Of a stretch of DNA of 64,000 nt, positions 28,715 to 38,670 are shown one piece after another. The notes under the pieces are model-generated. The model saw nothing but the letters and a program-made list of their open reading frames with translations. It was not told the DNA's origin and did no database searches. The position numbers and the translations under genes are program-made. The stretch is taken from positions 64,001 to 128,000 of the forward strand of contig CAWFJP010000004.1 in NCBI GenBank assembly GCA_963816145.1. The letters are read 5' to 3'. This DNA comes from an uncultured delta proteobacterium (GTDB lineage: Bacteria > Desulfobacterota > Binatia > UBA9968). Numbering within the stretch: the first letter of the stretch is position 1; every line of letters starts with the position of its first letter.

Positions 28715-28763
28715 ATTGTGGATTCTCACTACTGCTATATCATCGAGCGAAAGGGTAAGAACT

Positions 28764-29156
28764 ATGAAAATCGTCCACACTATGATCCGCGTCAACAATC
28801 TCGACGAGAGTTTGAAGTTCTACTGCGACGGGCTCGGCATGAAGCTATTGAAGAAACGCGACTATGAGTCGGGCCGTTTTACCAACGTTTTCGTCGGTTA
28901 CGGCTCGGAAGCGACCGACGCGGTGATCGAGCTTACCTACAATTGGGACACTCATTCTTACGATATTGGTAATGGCTTCGGCCATATCGCCCTGGGCGTG
29001 CCGGATGTCTACAAGACCTGTGAAGAGTTGCGCGCCAAAGGCGTGAAAATTACCCGCGAGCCCGGCCCGATGAAACATGGCAGCGGCGCCAACGCCATTG
29101 CATTCCTCGAAGACCCCAATGGCTACAAAATCGAACTGACGACGCGGGCGGAGTAA
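28764..29156 (+). CDS. gloA: Lactoylglutathione lyase (glyoxalase I)
   Basis: HTMIRV, IELTYNW, GFGHIAL, REPGPMK, EDPNGYKIEL. Confidence 0.95.
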   Translation: MKIVHTMIRVNNLDESLKFYCDGLGMKLLKKRDYESGRFTNVFVGYGSEATDAVIELTYNWDTHSYDIGNGFGHIALGVPDVYKTCEELRAKGVKITREPGPMKHGSGANAIAFLEDPNGYKIELTTRAE

Positions 29157-29174
29157 CGATTTACACTGCCGAGA

Positions 29175-29494
29175 TTAATCCTTGCGCCGCTGGACGACTT
29201 TAGGATTTTTATCTTCCATGTCGTTAAGCGGCCCCGCCTTACGCAAGAGCCCAGGCGCGACATTCCAGCGCTGGCCGCCGTCGGTGATCACTGTGACGGT
29301 TTTTTATTGTAGCGGGTGATGATGCCGAATAACGGCGGGCGTCGGTCCGGGTGAAAAGTCACTCGGTCGCCGATCCCGAAGTCGAGCATCTGCGAGTGGG
29401 CGCGCATTTGATTCAAGAACCGCAGACGCGCGACGATACGGTTGTTCAGATCGATCAAATCGTTCTCGCTGAGTTTGTCGCTGTCGATATTCAC
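29175..29494 (-). pseudogene. Small hypothetical (SH3-like) gene with a frameshift in an A6 run at 29300-29305
   Basis: IGDRVTF...ITRYNKK continues in the shifted frame as TVTVITDGGQRWNVAPGLLRK to a stop at 29175; GGAGG RBS. Confidence 0.65.
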
Positions 29495-29576
29495 GACGAC
29501 CTCCGCCTTGAATTTGGCGCACCGCTTGAAAAGAAGTCAATTGAGCTTGGGCGAAATTGCCGGTAACCTTTTTACC

Positions 29577-29942
29577 ATGGCAAAACTTATATCAGCACCG
29601 ACCGTTATTCCTGCAGCCGGCAAGCCGCCGAAAATCATCGAAGAGTTCATTGGCCGCGTCAACTCGCAGACCGCGAATATCAGTATCGCCAAGATGACCA
29701 GCCCTTCGGGCTGGCGCGAACCAGGACAAATTCCGGAGTTTGACGAATACACGATTGTTCTGTATGGCGAACTGCAAGTGGAAACGCGCGACGCGATCCA
29801 CAAAGTTGCGGCCGGACAAGCGATCATCGTTCATGCCGGCGAGTGGGTGCGTTACAGCACACCAAGTCCGGCTGGCGCGCAATACGTCGCGGTTTGCCTG
29901 CCTGCGTTCGCGCCAGTAACCGTTCACCGCGACGCGGAATGA
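29577..29942 (+). CDS. Cupin domain protein
   Basis: EPGQIPEFDEYTIVLYG...GEWVRYSTP; promoter TTGAGC-N17-TAACCT 7 nt upstream of ATG. Confidence 0.88.
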   Translation: MAKLISAPTVIPAAGKPPKIIEEFIGRVNSQTANISIAKMTSPSGWREPGQIPEFDEYTIVLYGELQVETRDAIHKVAAGQAIIVHAGEWVRYSTPSPAGAQYVAVCLPAFAPVTVHRDAE

Positions 29943-30455
29943 TTTCATGGCAGTTGTTGGCGATGCGATTGGGCGGCGGAGGGCGTTCTGGTACCCGGTA
30001 CCCTGGTCCATCATTGCAGATCGTTTGTCTAATCCGGATTCTTGACGAGAATATTTTTAGCCGCGTCTAGACAGACCAGCCGCATTACTCCCAGGACATC
30101 TTGCGTGAACGGGCAGACCATGAAGTCTGCAAACCTAAGCGAATCGGCGGTGACTAATTGCGCGACGATATCGGGTGGGATGTTTTCATAATTGGGCAGT
30201 AGGAAACGCCCGTCCGAAATGCCCAGAAGCCGCTTGCTGCCAATCGGCCATATGCGCAAAGCCGGTGCGCCGTTTTAGATGGACAATCTGCCGCGAATTT
30301 GAAAGCAGGGATTGACGAGTTGGGGATGCTGTCGACAGGGCATTTTCCGGATGGTTCGGGTGCCCCTGGATTATCGGCTGCAAAGTGCCGTATCAAGGGG
30401 AGTAACACGAATGCCACCCACCGGGATCGCTACGCCACTTTTACGCCCCATGATT

Positions 30456-30941
30456 TCATAAGAACCGCACTACCGCGAAAATTCCAATCATGGCAAGTGA
30501 CATGGCAATCTTCAGCGCCGAGCCGATGACGAGGCCGATGGTGGCGCCGATGCCGGCGCGGGTGGCTTGTTGCAGACCACGGCGGGCTGACAGTTCACCG
30601 ATCACGGCGCCGATAAAAGGGCCAAAGATGACGCCGGAAAGGCCGAGAAACAGACCGGCGACGACGCCGATCAGAGCGCCGATGATTGCGCGTTTGGATG
30701 CGCCGAACTTCTTGGCGCCAAAAATCGTCGCCCAAAAATCCACGGCGTAAGTCAATCCCGCCAAAACCGCAAGAACGATTATCGTCCGCAGGCCGACGTG
30801 GGTAAAATTGTCGGCCCACGCGCCGAGGATGAGGCCGATCAGAATGAGCGGCGCGCCTGGTAGGCCGGGCAGGACGAGTCCGAGCAAACCCAGTCCCACC
30901 AGGAGAACTGCGCCGACCCAGTAGATAATAACATCTTCCAT
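30456..30941 (-). CDS. DUF456 (YqgC-like) membrane protein
   Basis: LPGLPG, AKKFGASK, GPFIGAVIGEL. Confidence 0.9.
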   Translation of the reverse strand: MEDVIIYWVGAVLLVGLGLLGLVLPGLPGAPLILIGLILGAWADNFTHVGLRTIIVLAVLAGLTYAVDFWATIFGAKKFGASKRAIIGALIGVVAGLFLGLSGVIFGPFIGAVIGELSARRGLQQATRAGIGATIGLVIGSALKIAMSLAMIGIFAVVRFL

Positions 30942-30984
30942 GGTCTTGCTTTCGTTATTGCGGACATGGCTGCGGTGACTGGTT

Positions 30985-31746
30985 TCAGCGCGGCAGTTTC
31001 TCTAGTCTCAGGCGCCGCCGACGCCGCACCGTTGGCGCGGCATCGTGCCCCGAGAACCGCTTCAGCCGCTGCGCGATGACTTTGTAAACATCGGCGGAGA
31101 AACCAAATCCGAGGTGAGTCGATTTGACTTCGACATGTTCTATGTTGTGAGTGTGATGGTCGATACAGGCTTCCCAGGCCACCAACCCGTCCTTTTGCGA
31201 ATAAATCGCCACTACCGGAACCTCTAGGTTGGCGATACGATTACGCTGTTCGACCTCGGCAGCGATGGCTTCAATATCGATACCGCGCTTGCGATAGGAT
31301 TCCGCCGCTGCCGTGTATTTCGGGCCGCCGATGACCGGTGTACCCAGAGTAATCACCAGACGAACAAGCTCGGGACGCTCGCGCGCCAGCTCGCGCGCTA
31401 AGTAACCGCCGAAGCTCCAGCCAACGATGGCGACCTTTTGTTTGCTCCGTCGGGATAAATTCCCCAACCGTCGCAAAAGGCGCGGCAGCGAATCGCTGGC
31501 AGCGCGGTGATTTTTGCCCAGACCCCAACCCCGCGCACGATAGCCGAGTAAACGCAGATAGCCCTTGAGAATCATCGTCGAACCGTCGCCGGCGCCGTAG
31601 CCGGGAAAGACCAGAACCGGCTCGCCGTTGCCGCGCGGTTGGCGCGCCAGGGACGGAAACCTCAACAAAAGCCGCGGCAACTCGATCAAGCCGCGCGCTT
31701 CGCGCATTACATGGGCCGGTGAGGGCGCCTGCAGAGTTTCATTCAT
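30985..31746 (-). CDS. Alpha/beta hydrolase, paralog 1
   Basis: PVLVFPG, GWGLG, GWSFGG nucleophile, ITLGTP, DGLV, THLG. Confidence 0.88.
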   Translation of the reverse strand: MNETLQAPSPAHVMREARGLIELPRLLLRFPSLARQPRGNGEPVLVFPGYGAGDGSTMILKGYLRLLGYRARGWGLGKNHRAASDSLPRLLRRLGNLSRRSKQKVAIVGWSFGGYLARELARERPELVRLVITLGTPVIGGPKYTAAAESYRKRGIDIEAIAAEVEQRNRIANLEVPVVAIYSQKDGLVAWEACIDHHTHNIEHVEVKSTHLGFGFSADVYKVIAQRLKRFSGHDAAPTVRRRRRLRLEKLPR

Positions 31747-31888
31747 GATCCGAAGCCTAAGCCATGGATTACCAATGCTAGCCAACTTTGCGCAGCGGAA
31801 CAATGATAAAATGGCCAAACCGGAGAATTCCCCGCCATAAAGACCGATATTGGGACTTGGCGCGACGATCGACAATACGACATCAGTC

Positions 31889-32458
31889 TCAAAGATCCGC
31901 CAAACCTTCCGTCAAAGAGGGATAGATCAGACAGGGCGCGATTTCACCTTTCTTCCGTCTGGTGTCGGCGACAACCGAAGTCATGCCCATCTGAATAATG
32001 TCGCGCTTCAGCGGCGTCCCGACATGAAAGAGGCCGGCGATCGCTTCGCATGCCGCCTCCGTGAGGGTGAAAAAAAACTTCGGGAGACGGCGAGGTTTTG
32101 GATAACCCCAATGGTTTGCAAGACGGTGCAAAAACTCATGCAATAAAAGCGGCTGATCGTCGCAGAGGTTGTAAATGCCGTGATGTTGCTCCTTCGCGAT
32201 GGCGCACTGAACGCAGTGAAGAAAGTCCGCGAAGGACAGCAGATGTATACAAGCGGGCTGCGGCCAGATCGCCATCAAGCGCCAACGCATGAGTGTGCGC
32301 GCTACCTCAAAGAGTTTCACGGCCAGACCGTAAATCACACCGGCGCGCAAAATGACCGGGGTCATACTCAGGCCGCCGCAGGCGTCGAGTAAATAGTTTT
32401 CCGCCGCGAGCCTGGTTTGCGCATGCAAAGATTTAGGCTCGACGATGAGAACGTTCAC
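31889..32458 (-). pseudogene. C-terminal fragment of an NAD-dependent epimerase/SDR
   Basis: ILRAGVIYG, GIYNLCDD present; no Rossmann GxxGxxG; catalytic YxxxK degenerate. Confidence 0.6.
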
Positions 32459-32626
32459 GAGGCTTTAACTCGCTTGACAAGTTATTAATTGTACAGATAA
32501 AAGTCGGGCAAACGTGATTTTTGGATTCCCTAATATTGTAGTCATTCAATGATTGGGCCTCTAAGCGAAATCTCCACGACTTCAGAGCGTAGACTAGCGC
32601 TGTGTCGGACAAAGAAGGAGTCCCTC

Positions 32627-33406
32627 ATGAACCTTGCTGAAGAGATGCCGGTTTCGCGTGTCCGTGAGAAGGTAACGGAGGCCGAATGGGAAGCACGGGT
32701 TAACCTCGCTGCCGCCTATCGCCTGGTGGCCCTGTACGGTTGGGACGATCTCGTCTTCACCCACATTTCGATGCGGGTTCCAGGTGCTAATCATCATTTC
32801 CTCATCAACCCCTACGGGATGCTGTTTGAAGAGATTACAGCGTCGAGCCTGGTCAAGGTCGACATCGACGGCAACATCGTGATGGACACCCTCTACCCGA
32901 TCTCTCCAGCTGGTTTCGTTATTCACAGCGCCATCCATGCAGCGCGGGAGAGTGCGAAATGCGTGCTTCATATCCACAGCGTAAACGGGATAGCGGTGTC
33001 CGCACAACGGAGCGGGGTGTTACCGATATCGCAGCAATCGGCCTACGTGCTCTCCTCGCTCGGTTACCACGATTACGAGGGGTTCGCTCTGAACGACGAA
33101 GAAAAGCCGCGACTGGTTCGTGATCTCGGGGATCGCATATTTCTGATACTTCGTAACCATGGCTTGTTGACCGTCGGCGAGACGGTTGCGGACGCGTTCG
33201 TGGCTATGTACGTGCTTGAAACGGTGTGTACGATTCAAGTGCGCGCTCAAGCTGGCGGCGGCGAACTCATAGGCATCGACCCATCGATTATCGAGGCGGC
33301 GAAGGAACAAGCGCGGAAGGCGACCACTGGTGTTAGCGCGGGCGCGCTGAGTTGGCCTGGGCTGCTTCGTAAGCTTGATCGAACTGATCCATCGTACAAG
33401 AACTAG
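32627..33406 (+). CDS. Class II aldolase/adducin family protein
   Basis: LAAAYRL, THIS, GFVIHSAIH, HIHS, LRNHG; AAGGAG RBS. Confidence 0.93.
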   Translation: MNLAEEMPVSRVREKVTEAEWEARVNLAAAYRLVALYGWDDLVFTHISMRVPGANHHFLINPYGMLFEEITASSLVKVDIDGNIVMDTLYPISPAGFVIHSAIHAARESAKCVLHIHSVNGIAVSAQRSGVLPISQQSAYVLSSLGYHDYEGFALNDEEKPRLVRDLGDRIFLILRNHGLLTVGETVADAFVAMYVLETVCTIQVRAQAGGGELIGIDPSIIEAAKEQARKATTGVSAGALSWPGLLRKLDRTDPSYKN

Positions 33407-33480
33407 GTTCTCCAACTGCCGCACGTACCATACGGTGGGGCGGCACCGCCAGTTCAGACAAGAGAGGCCCAACCCGCCGT

Positions 33481-34794
33481 TCAACCGGAGCGCCTAAGCT
33501 GAGCGCCAAGGGTGGGATGATGAGAATCGTTGACGACGTGAACACCGGGACCCTTCGAATCGTAGCGCATCCGAATCGGATTACAAATGAGAACTCTCAG
33601 CGTTCGCGCCCCTGACCCAGGCATTCCGCTGTGTGCCATTTTCAGGTTGTCGACGATGAGCACGTCGCCCGCTCTCCACTTAAACGAGGAGCACCGATTG
33701 CGGATGCTCGTGGCCAAACGACCAGTCGCCTCTTTACTGAAGATCTCGTCAACGCAAGCATCAAAAGGTTTGCGAAATAAGGTTCGCCATACGGTCCCTG
33801 GATCCCGAGACAACACGTCCAGTTTATCCAACACGCCGATTAGGGGAAAGCGCCAGCTCAGTCTATGCAGCAGCCATTCCTTTGACGAGTAATCCGGTAG
33901 GAATACTCTTTGTATCGTGCGGTCGAGTCCGGACTTCATCAATGCCACTGAGTAATTGAATGCCAAGGCGTGTTCTTTAGTGATCGGGTGTTCGATAACA
34001 CACGGCTTGTACATCGAGGCGTATTTCTGACCGTGCTGCGTGACGACAGGTAATCCGGAATCCAAACAAAATTGCTCCACCTGCTGAGCATTAACGCCAT
34101 ATCGCCACGCCATTTTAGCCAACGGCCACGCCGCGACCCAGTAGGCTCGTTGCTTGAGTTCTGTTTTCACGGCCTCAGGAAGGTCAGAGAAGAGCTGGGC
34201 CGTGTTTACCAGACCCGTTTCACCGCCAATCTGCGATGCTTGCTCGCAGAAGAAGGATATGTAGCTTGGTACGTCAGGCGAATAGTAGTTTTCGGAATGG
34301 AATCCACCCAAATATAGGCTCCCCCCAGTCCTGTATAGACTATTGGTGTGGAGGACGAAGCGAGTGCCTTTTACGACTTCACGACCTGGCTCCGACATTA
34401 GGCATTCGTTGATTCCTTGAAATTTAGAGATAGCAAGGGTGGCACTCTCGAAATCTTGAGGGCTCCTTAAATCAAAGCCTCGCAATAAGACGGCTCCATG
34501 AATAGCAATATCCATTACAATTTGGGATGAGTTGGACGAGAGAAACTCCTGAAGAAAACCGAGGCTACCTGAACTACCCCGGCGCTCTATGACAAGCGGT
34601 GTAGGCTCCTCGGTATCAATGAACCTCTCGTCTGGATTTAGGAGCCGAGTAGTAACGCCGCTGTAGCGATGACTCACGTCGATGCCGCCAATATGTCGTC
34701 TCATATCGGTGTTGTTATGATAGTCCACAAGGCCCTGCTGGCTCCCCTCATACTTATGACAGGGCAGCTGACGTGTTTTAAGCAGGCTTTTCAT
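33481..34794 (-). CDS. TauD/TfdA-family Fe(II)/2-oxoglutarate dioxygenase (start uncertain)
   Basis: GAVLLRGF, HSE metal motif, GGET, WRAGDVLIVDNLKMAH. Confidence 0.85.
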   Translation of the reverse strand: MKSLLKTRQLPCHKYEGSQQGLVDYHNNTDMRRHIGGIDVSHRYSGVTTRLLNPDERFIDTEEPTPLVIERRGSSGSLGFLQEFLSSNSSQIVMDIAIHGAVLLRGFDLRSPQDFESATLAISKFQGINECLMSEPGREVVKGTRFVLHTNSLYRTGGSLYLGGFHSENYYSPDVPSYISFFCEQASQIGGETGLVNTAQLFSDLPEAVKTELKQRAYWVAAWPLAKMAWRYGVNAQQVEQFCLDSGLPVVTQHGQKYASMYKPCVIEHPITKEHALAFNYSVALMKSGLDRTIQRVFLPDYSSKEWLLHRLSWRFPLIGVLDKLDVLSRDPGTVWRTLFRKPFDACVDEIFSKEATGRLATSIRNRCSSFKWRAGDVLIVDNLKMAHSGMPGSGARTLRVLICNPIRMRYDSKGPGVHVVNDSHHPTLGAQLRRSG

Positions 34795-35182
34795 TAGTCA
34801 CTCCGGCGCCAAAATTTGCAGTAACGCGGAATTTAGTCGATTGACCAAAGCCATGTCAATATTTCTCGTAGTTCGAACGACGCACAGAAATCTTTAGGTA
34901 CGCTGTTCTCTGGGGGACTATACCAAAGTCTAGTAGAACAGCGCTGCCGAGTCTTTGTAGCTTTAGTTGTGAGGGGAAAGACGCAGCGGGTGCTGGCAGT
35001 GCTTGATGACAAGCTGCCGATGCGCAAATCGTTGCGCCGGTGGCGCACCGCCAGAGGCTCACGCACAGAGGACTATCGGCGCGGCCAGCCGAGCCTCAAA
35101 ATCAAAGTTTGCAGCTCTGCGAGACCGCGGTTGGACAGATCTCGAGCGCGCGATAGTCCACGCCGCAGGTCACTAAAAATTT

Positions 35183-35947
35183 TCAGCGAGTGTGGAGCCG
35201 GATGTGTTTGCGCCTGTGTGGCTTCTCGCCAATTTCGTGACGCGAACGGTCGTCGGCTTGCGCCAGGCGCTGCGCGATGATGCGGTAAACTTCCGGCGAA
35301 AAGCCGAAGCCATAATGGGCGCTGCGGACCTCGACATGTTCAACGTTTAGCGTTTGGTGGTCGATGCAAGCTTGCCAGGCGACGAGGGCGTCGATGCGTG
35401 AATAGATCGCCACCACCGGCGTTTCCAGCGGTGCCGCTTGATTGCGGAAATTGACTTCGGCTGCGATGGCTTCGATATCCATGCCGCGCTTGCGGTAGAT
35501 TTCCGATAGAGCGGTGTACTTGGGCCCGCCGATTACAGGAGTGCCGAGGGTAATCACGCGGCGAATGAGATCCGGACGCTCGCGCGCCAATTCGCGCGCC
35601 AGGTAGCCGCCAAAGCTCCATCCGATCAGTGTAACTTTTTGATTGCTGCGTTTGGCAAAGGATGCCAACCGTTTCAACGCGCGCGGCAGCAGTTCGGATA
35701 CGTCGCCTTTATTGCGTCCGAGGCCCCAACCCCGAGCGCGATAGCCGATCAGCCGAAGGTAGGCTTTTAGAAGTGTCGTCGAACCGTCGCCACTGCTGTG
35801 CGGCGGAAGAATAAGCACCGGCTCACGCTTGCCGCGCGGTTGGGCAAAAAGCGACGGAAAGTGTAATAGTAAGCGTGGCAGTTCGATCAGACAAAGTACT
35901 TCACGTACAAGACCTGAAAAAGCCGGCGGCTGAAGAGTTTCAATCAT
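35183..35947 (-). CDS. Alpha/beta hydrolase, paralog 2
   Basis: Clearly homologous to 30985-31746 (GWSFGGYLARELARERP, ITLGTPVIGGPKYTA). Confidence 0.88.
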   Translation of the reverse strand: MIETLQPPAFSGLVREVLCLIELPRLLLHFPSLFAQPRGKREPVLILPPHSSGDGSTTLLKAYLRLIGYRARGWGLGRNKGDVSELLPRALKRLASFAKRSNQKVTLIGWSFGGYLARELARERPDLIRRVITLGTPVIGGPKYTALSEIYRKRGMDIEAIAAEVNFRNQAAPLETPVVAIYSRIDALVAWQACIDHQTLNVEHVEVRSAHYGFGFSPEVYRIIAQRLAQADDRSRHEIGEKPHRRKHIRLHTR

Positions 35948-36373
35948 ACCTGCGAGTAACTCGTCGACAGAGAACTGACCTTTAGCAAAATTAACTCGAC
36001 ACAGTGTAGCCTTATGCCGGTTGGATGTGAAGCGACAACGGATCGACGCAGTTTAGGCGCCAAACCCGGCTTTCCAATGATTGCTAAGCCGTGCGCCAAC
36101 GGCGGGTGCGCAAAATGAAAAAAATTCTACCTGGGTACGAATTGAATAGATGCTGTGGTTTGTCGAATTGCGGTTGTTGAGCTCCGGTTGCGGTTCTGCG
36201 TAGGAGAGCACCATCGTCACAAAATCTTGCTCTTTCTTGTCACACCCTTCTCATGATCTGCTGGCAAATCTGACCGGTGCGACATTGGCGCTGGGCCGTT
36301 CAAAAACGTCGAACAGTAACACGGACATTTCGAAATGAAATGAGTCAAATGAGCGGAGTTGAAAACTCTTAAG

Positions 36374-37042
36374 CTATGCCTTGGTTTTTCCTGGAAATGA
36401 ACAAAGGTCTTCGATCGTGCATTCCGGGCATTTCGGTTTTTTGGCGAAGCAGACGCGGCGGCCATGGTACTGCATCAGGTGGCAAAAGCGCACCCGCTGT
36501 TTTTCCGGGACAATGGCCATCAAGTCGGCTTCGATCTTGTCCGGATCGTTTTTGGTCGTGAAGCCCAAGCGCTGCGACAAGCGCATGACATGGGTGTCGA
36601 CGCCGATGGTGTCCCGGCTGAAACCGTTGCCGAGGACGATGTTGGCGGTCTTGCGGCCGACGCCGGGCAGGCTGACGAGGTCTTCTAAGTTGTCGGGAAC
36701 CTTGCCGCCGAAGCGTTCGACCAATTGGCTGCAACAGTTGTGAATCGATTTGGCCTTGTTGCGGTAGAAATTAATCTTGCCAATCTGTTTTTCCAACTTG
36801 GCTAGCGGGAGCTTGGCGTAGTCGGCGGCAGTGCGGTTCGCTCGGAAGAGTTCCGGTGTGACTTGATTGACCAGATCGTCGCGCGCTTGGGCGGCGAGGA
36901 TCAGGGCGATCAGCAATTCCATAGGGTTGGCGAAGTCGAGGTCGAGTTTGGCGTCGGGATGGGCTTTCTCTAGCCGAGGCAGGATTTTATTGACGCTATC
37001 TGTAGGGTTGAATTTTACGGTTTTTGGCTTTTTGGCGGTCAT
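36374..37042 (-). CDS. nth: Endonuclease III
   Basis: HhH LPGVGRKTAN, VDTHV, CFAKKPKCPECTIEDLC Fe-S loop. Confidence 0.95.
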   Translation of the reverse strand: MTAKKPKTVKFNPTDSVNKILPRLEKAHPDAKLDLDFANPMELLIALILAAQARDDLVNQVTPELFRANRTAADYAKLPLAKLEKQIGKINFYRNKAKSIHNCCSQLVERFGGKVPDNLEDLVSLPGVGRKTANIVLGNGFSRDTIGVDTHVMRLSQRLGFTTKNDPDKIEADLMAIVPEKQRVRFCHLMQYHGRRVCFAKKPKCPECTIEDLCSFPGKTKA

Positions 37043-37101
37043 TTTGGTTTCAGTGGAAAATATGGTACCAAAAAGTGACTCATAAAGGGAGGAATTTCTT
37101 G

Positions 37102-37428
37102 ATGGAAGCCAGTGCATTGACGACCGCCAAACAAAACATTCGCCAGCTGAAAAAACAAAAAGCCGAACTCGCCGCGGCCACGCCCGATCGTAAGAAAACG
37201 CGCCGGTTACAACGGAAGATCCGGCTGCTCAAGCGCACGACCCGCATCCTCGCTACGGAGAAGAAGGCAGTAGCCGCAAAGGCCGCCGCGGAAGCCGCTG
37301 CCAAAGAGACCGCGGAAAAAGCCGCCGCAGCCAAAGCTGCCGCTGATGCTAAAGCCGCTGAGGCCAAAGCTGCGGCCGACGCCGCCAAGGCGGCCGATGC
37401 CGCTGAAGCGACCGAAGCAAGCGCCTAG
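37102..37428 (+). CDS. Small basic protein with an Ala/Lys/Glu low-complexity tail
   Basis: Strong AGGGAGGA RBS; Arg/Lys-rich helical N-half; AAAKAAA repeats. Confidence 0.7.
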   Translation: MEASALTTAKQNIRQLKKQKAELAAATPDRKKTRRLQRKIRLLKRTTRILATEKKAVAAKAAAEAAAKETAEKAAAAKAAADAKAAEAKAAADAAKAADAAEATEASA

Positions 37429-37439
37429 TGCGTTAAGCC

Positions 37440-38495
37440 ATGAATACGCCGCCTCCTCTGCGCGGCCGCGGTTCGGCGACCAATCCGAAAAACCGTTTCG
37501 AGTCGATCGAACGGCTGCCTGAGCCGCCAGAGGATAGCGACGAAGTTCCTGCTCCTCACACTCAGTTCTACCCCGATCATTCGAAATCGCTGATCGTCTT
37601 CAACGACAGCCCCGATGTCGGCTTCGATGCCAGCATTAATCCCTATCGTGGCTGCGAGCATGGCTGTGTTTATTGCTACGCCCGTCCGACGCATGAGTAT
37701 CTAGGGTTTTCCGCGGGGTTAGACTTTGAGACCAAGATCATGGTCAAAGAGGATGCACCGGAACTATTGCGCCAAGAATTGGCGCGCCCTAACTGGAAGC
37801 CGCAGTTGGTCGCGCTGAGCGGTAATACCGACTGTTACCAGCCCATCGAGAAACAAAAGCAGCTGAGCCGGCGCTGCTTGGAGGTGTTGCTCGATTTCCG
37901 CAATCCGGTGGTTATCGTCACCAAAAATCATTTGGTCACCCGTGATATCGATGTTCTTGCTCAACTGGCTAGGTTCGACTGTATCGGCGTGACGATTTCT
38001 CTGTCGACGTTGGATGCCAAGTTGGCGGCGTCGATGGAGCCGCGCGCGTCGCGGCCGGCACGCCGTTTGGAGGCGATTCGAAAACTAGCCGCGGCAGGCG
38101 TGCCGGTTGGCTATCTGCAAGCGCCGATGATTCCCGGACTGACCGATGCCGAAGCCCCGGCGATTGCCCTCGCGGCGTCCCGGGCCGGCGCGACATTCTC
38201 TGGTTATGTCGCGTTACGGTTGCCGTTCGCCGTAAAAGAACTATTCGAGCAATGGCTGGCGCAACACTACCCTGACAAGAAGGACAAGATTCTTCACCGT
38301 CTGCGAGAGATCCGCGGCGGCAAACTCAACGATCCCAACTTCCAATCGCGCATGCGTGGCGAAGGCAAATTCGCCGAGCAAATGGCGGGGCTGTTTCAAT
38401 TGGCGCGCAAGAAGTCGGGTATTACAGATCGCTGGCCCAAGCTGACGACCGAACATTTTCGCCGGCCGGAAAGGGATCAGTTGAGTTTGTTTTGA
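37440..38495 (+). CDS. PA0069-family radical SAM protein (SPL-like, DNA-repair associated)
   Basis: SINPYRGCEHGCVYCYARPTHEYLG, DFETKI, TDCYQP. Confidence 0.93.
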   Translation: MNTPPPLRGRGSATNPKNRFESIERLPEPPEDSDEVPAPHTQFYPDHSKSLIVFNDSPDVGFDASINPYRGCEHGCVYCYARPTHEYLGFSAGLDFETKIMVKEDAPELLRQELARPNWKPQLVALSGNTDCYQPIEKQKQLSRRCLEVLLDFRNPVVIVTKNHLVTRDIDVLAQLARFDCIGVTISLSTLDAKLAASMEPRASRPARRLEAIRKLAAAGVPVGYLQAPMIPGLTDAEAPAIALAASRAGATFSGYVALRLPFAVKELFEQWLAQHYPDKKDKILHRLREIRGGKLNDPNFQSRMRGEGKFAEQMAGLFQLARKKSGITDRWPKLTTEHFRRPERDQLSLF

Positions 38496-38527
38496 GCGGT
38501 ATGATGCAATTCGGAATCGGATGTTTA

Positions 38528-38650
38528 ACCGCAAAGAACGCAGAGGGCGCAAAGTTTGGAAGGGGAATGTTCACCACGAAGGCACGAAGAGCGCGAAGTT
38601 CGGAATCAGTGTCATTCGAAACCTTCGTGTCCTTCGTGTCTTCGTGGTGA
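38528..38650. repeat. REP-like palindrome between convergent genes (possible terminator)
   Basis: TCACCACGAAGGCACGAAG...CTTCGTGTCTTCGTGGTGA (38571-38650), preceded by a related ACCGCAAAGAACGCAGAG arm. Confidence 0.85.
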
Positions 38651-38670
38651 GATCCTAATCCCCGGCTGCC

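Noticed and set aside
29297-29308. Programmed -1 frameshift at the A6 run
   Set aside because: Codon phasing (AAT AAA AAA CCG) does not fit an X XXY YYZ slippery site; a simple indel is more likely.
29943-30455. Long intergenic stretch, possible ncRNA or gene remnant
   Set aside because: No recognisable RNA family, convincing structure or protein motif by eye; an Rfam search would be needed.
35948-36373. Intergenic region, possible sRNA
   Set aside because: No supportable promoter-terminator pair or known motif seen.
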